DNA of 36,396 nucleotides from Candidatus Saccharimonadota bacterium (GTDB lineage Bacteria > Patescibacteriota > Saccharimonadia > Saccharimonadales > UBA4665), in NCBI GenBank assembly GCA_028289045.1, contig JAQGHB010000051.1:1-36396 (forward strand), in the 5' to 3' direction. The position numbers and the translations under genes were made by a program. The notes below the pieces were generated by a model. It worked only from the letters and a program-made list of their open reading frames with translations, had not been told where the DNA came from and made no database searches. Every line of letters starts with the position of its first letter. The stretch's first letter is position 1. Below, piece by piece: positions 35,182 to 36,396 of this stretch.

Positions 35182-35715
35182 ATGAATAATGGATTTAACG
35201 GAACGGGCACAGCGTTTATTTTGTATATTATTTTGGCATTTTGTATGCCGTTTGTGTATGTCTACCGGCTCACGAAGCGCCAAAAAGACTTTAGCTATAA
35301 ATTTGTAGCAGGTCATTTTTTGTTGGGCACCAGCGTAACGATCCTAGCAGTACTATGTGTCGGGTATTTATGGCGAATGCTAGCCATCAGCAAGCACGGC
35401 CATCTCCACCAAGCATTGGTTGCGATGGCCTACTTAGTAATCCTGACCATACTGACCTGGATTTTAATACCACGGCTGGTACGTGGCTCCTACCGCGTCA
35501 GGCGTAAGCAAGACGTGTTAAATTACAAAAATCCGCTGATAGAGCCGTGGTTCGTGCAACCGTACTACTACAAATTTACAAAACCTGTGCGTGTCCGTCG
35601 CGGTAAAAATATCGTCTTACTACGACCACGGATGCTGTACCTCCCGAAGCCGCCTGCTGGGTTAACACGACGATTCCAACTGGCATATAAAAATCATAGT
35701 CATCGTAGCACGTAG
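35182..35715 (+). CDS. integral membrane protein, possible GT2 accessory subunit
   Basis: 177 aa with 3-4 hydrophobic helices followed by a basic C-terminal tail. It starts 3 nt after the GT2 stop. Confidence 0.55.
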   Translation: MNNGFNGTGTAFILYIILAFCMPFVYVYRLTKRQKDFSYKFVAGHFLLGTSVTILAVLCVGYLWRMLAISKHGHLHQALVAMAYLVILTILTWILIPRLVRGSYRVRRKQDVLNYKNPLIEPWFVQPYYYKFTKPVRVRRGKNIVLLRPRMLYLPKPPAGLTRRFQLAYKNHSHRST

Positions 35716-35731
35716 GCCTGATCTTAATCTG

Positions 35732-36061
35732 CTAAACTGGCCAGGTAGATTGATCAGGGCCAAATAGTTTAGCTCTTGATTGCTGTGCCGTTGCCTGGTG
35801 TTCTTGCACTGTTCTTTCATTAGGGTTTGGTCCGTAAAGCTCATCGTATACTTCTGCCACAAGTTCTCGCATCGCATATGGGTCAACCGCTTCATCTGGT
35901 TGCTGCCCGTCGCTAAGCCCCTCTACAATAAGACTAGGTTGCCTCTTGTCCGCACTCGTTTGGACAAGAGGTAAGCTGGCGATTCTCTGTGCTATCGTTA
36001 ACGGCGGAGGGAGTTCGGCCGTAGCTGCATTCTCTTTTGGAAGTCTGTTAAATAATCTCAT
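35732..36061 (-). CDS. hypothetical 109-aa protein
   Basis: ORF only. I recognise no motifs. Its stop lies 9 nt from the upstream ORF. Confidence 0.4.
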   Translation of the reverse strand: MRLFNRLPKENAATAELPPPLTIAQRIASLPLVQTSADKRQPSLIVEGLSDGQQPDEAVDPYAMRELVAEVYDELYGPNPNERTVQEHQATAQQSRAKLFGPDQSTWPV

Positions 36062-36070
36062 ACTATAACT

Positions 36071-36376
36071 CTAGTAAATTTGTTTCAGACGTGGCACACC
36101 TTGATCATCAAGCGAGCCGATCTCAGGCTCATCTCTACATGCAGAAGTGCTCGCTAGTATCCAGTCTATCGGCTCAAAGATACCGACATGGAGGGCGCGA
36201 TCGCTAAGCGGACCGTGTTCTAGCGGATTGTTGGGAAGTTGCCCTGCTGGCAACGGAATAGTGACTCGCCAGCTGTCTCCTTCGGGGTGCGTTTTAATAG
36301 CAAGTTCATCTGGCGGATGGTTGCTGTAGTCATAGGGGTTGAAATAGCCCGTCACGAGGCAGTCGACAGCCCTCAC
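36071..36376 (-). CDS. hypothetical protein, possibly 5'-truncated by the window edge
   Basis: The reading frame stays open from the GTG at 36376 to the window end at 36396. I recognise no motifs. Confidence 0.4.
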   Translation of the reverse strand: MRAVDCLVTGYFNPYDYSNHPPDELAIKTHPEGDSWRVTIPLPAGQLPNNPLEHGPLSDRALHVGIFEPIDWILASTSACRDEPEIGSLDDQGVPRLKQIY

Positions 36377-36396
36377 CGGCTTAAACTGAAAGCCTG

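Noticed and set aside
1-36396. CRISPR arrays, tRNA/rRNA genes, IS elements, integrases, toxin-antitoxin pairs or known phage-defence genes
   Set aside because: I saw no repeat-spacer periodicity, no cloverleaf-sized conserved segments in the few intergenic gaps, and no transposase, recombinase, nuclease or helicase-type ORFs. The only P-loop ATPase is a small COG3911-like protein embedded in the pur operon.

Overview
This is a gene-dense bacterial window. Most intergenic gaps are under 150 bp, many start/stop codons overlap, and I saw no rRNA, tRNA, CRISPR array, transposase or integrase. From 1 to 19.4 kb there is a purine-nucleotide supercluster on both strands: guaA, purA, an MFS transporter, sodA, two tandem archaeal-type purP paralogues, large single-chain purL, purM, three embedded genes of unknown role (P-loop ATPase, HAD hydrolase, cupin-like), purE, purK, purC, purB and purN. 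purF, purD, an IMP cyclohydrolase and guaB are not in the window. The GMP synthase looks like the long eukaryote-type form. From 19.7 to 22.5 kb there are two surface proteins: a membrane-anchored cohesin protein and a cohesin-3xFN3-dockerin protein. From 22.6 to 27.8 kb lies what I consider the most unusual locus. It is one minus-strand unit encoding an OmpR-type response regulator, an unannotated 38-aa ORF followed by a 13-bp hairpin, a 6-TM histidine kinase, a 619-aa fusion protein and a short-chain prenyl-diphosphate synthase. The fusion joins a squalene-hopene-cyclase-like barrel (QW motifs, DLDDTS) to a squalene/phytoene-synthase-like domain (DDFLD, QLNDDAHDWEED). The last three genes are joined by ATGA overlaps. 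From 27.9 to 36.4 kb there is a cell-envelope region. It holds two processive GT2 synthases, each followed by a small membrane partner, and a secreted CBM-Ig-CBM-NodB polysaccharide deacetylase. It also holds a putative secreted glycosidase, and a sortase preceded by an unannotated 58-aa ORF that is little more than an LPNTG sorting signal. The compact organisation, apparently leaderless promoters and archaeal/eukaryote-like enzymes suggest a reduced-genome lineage such as CPR/Patescibacteria. That taxonomic call is inference only.
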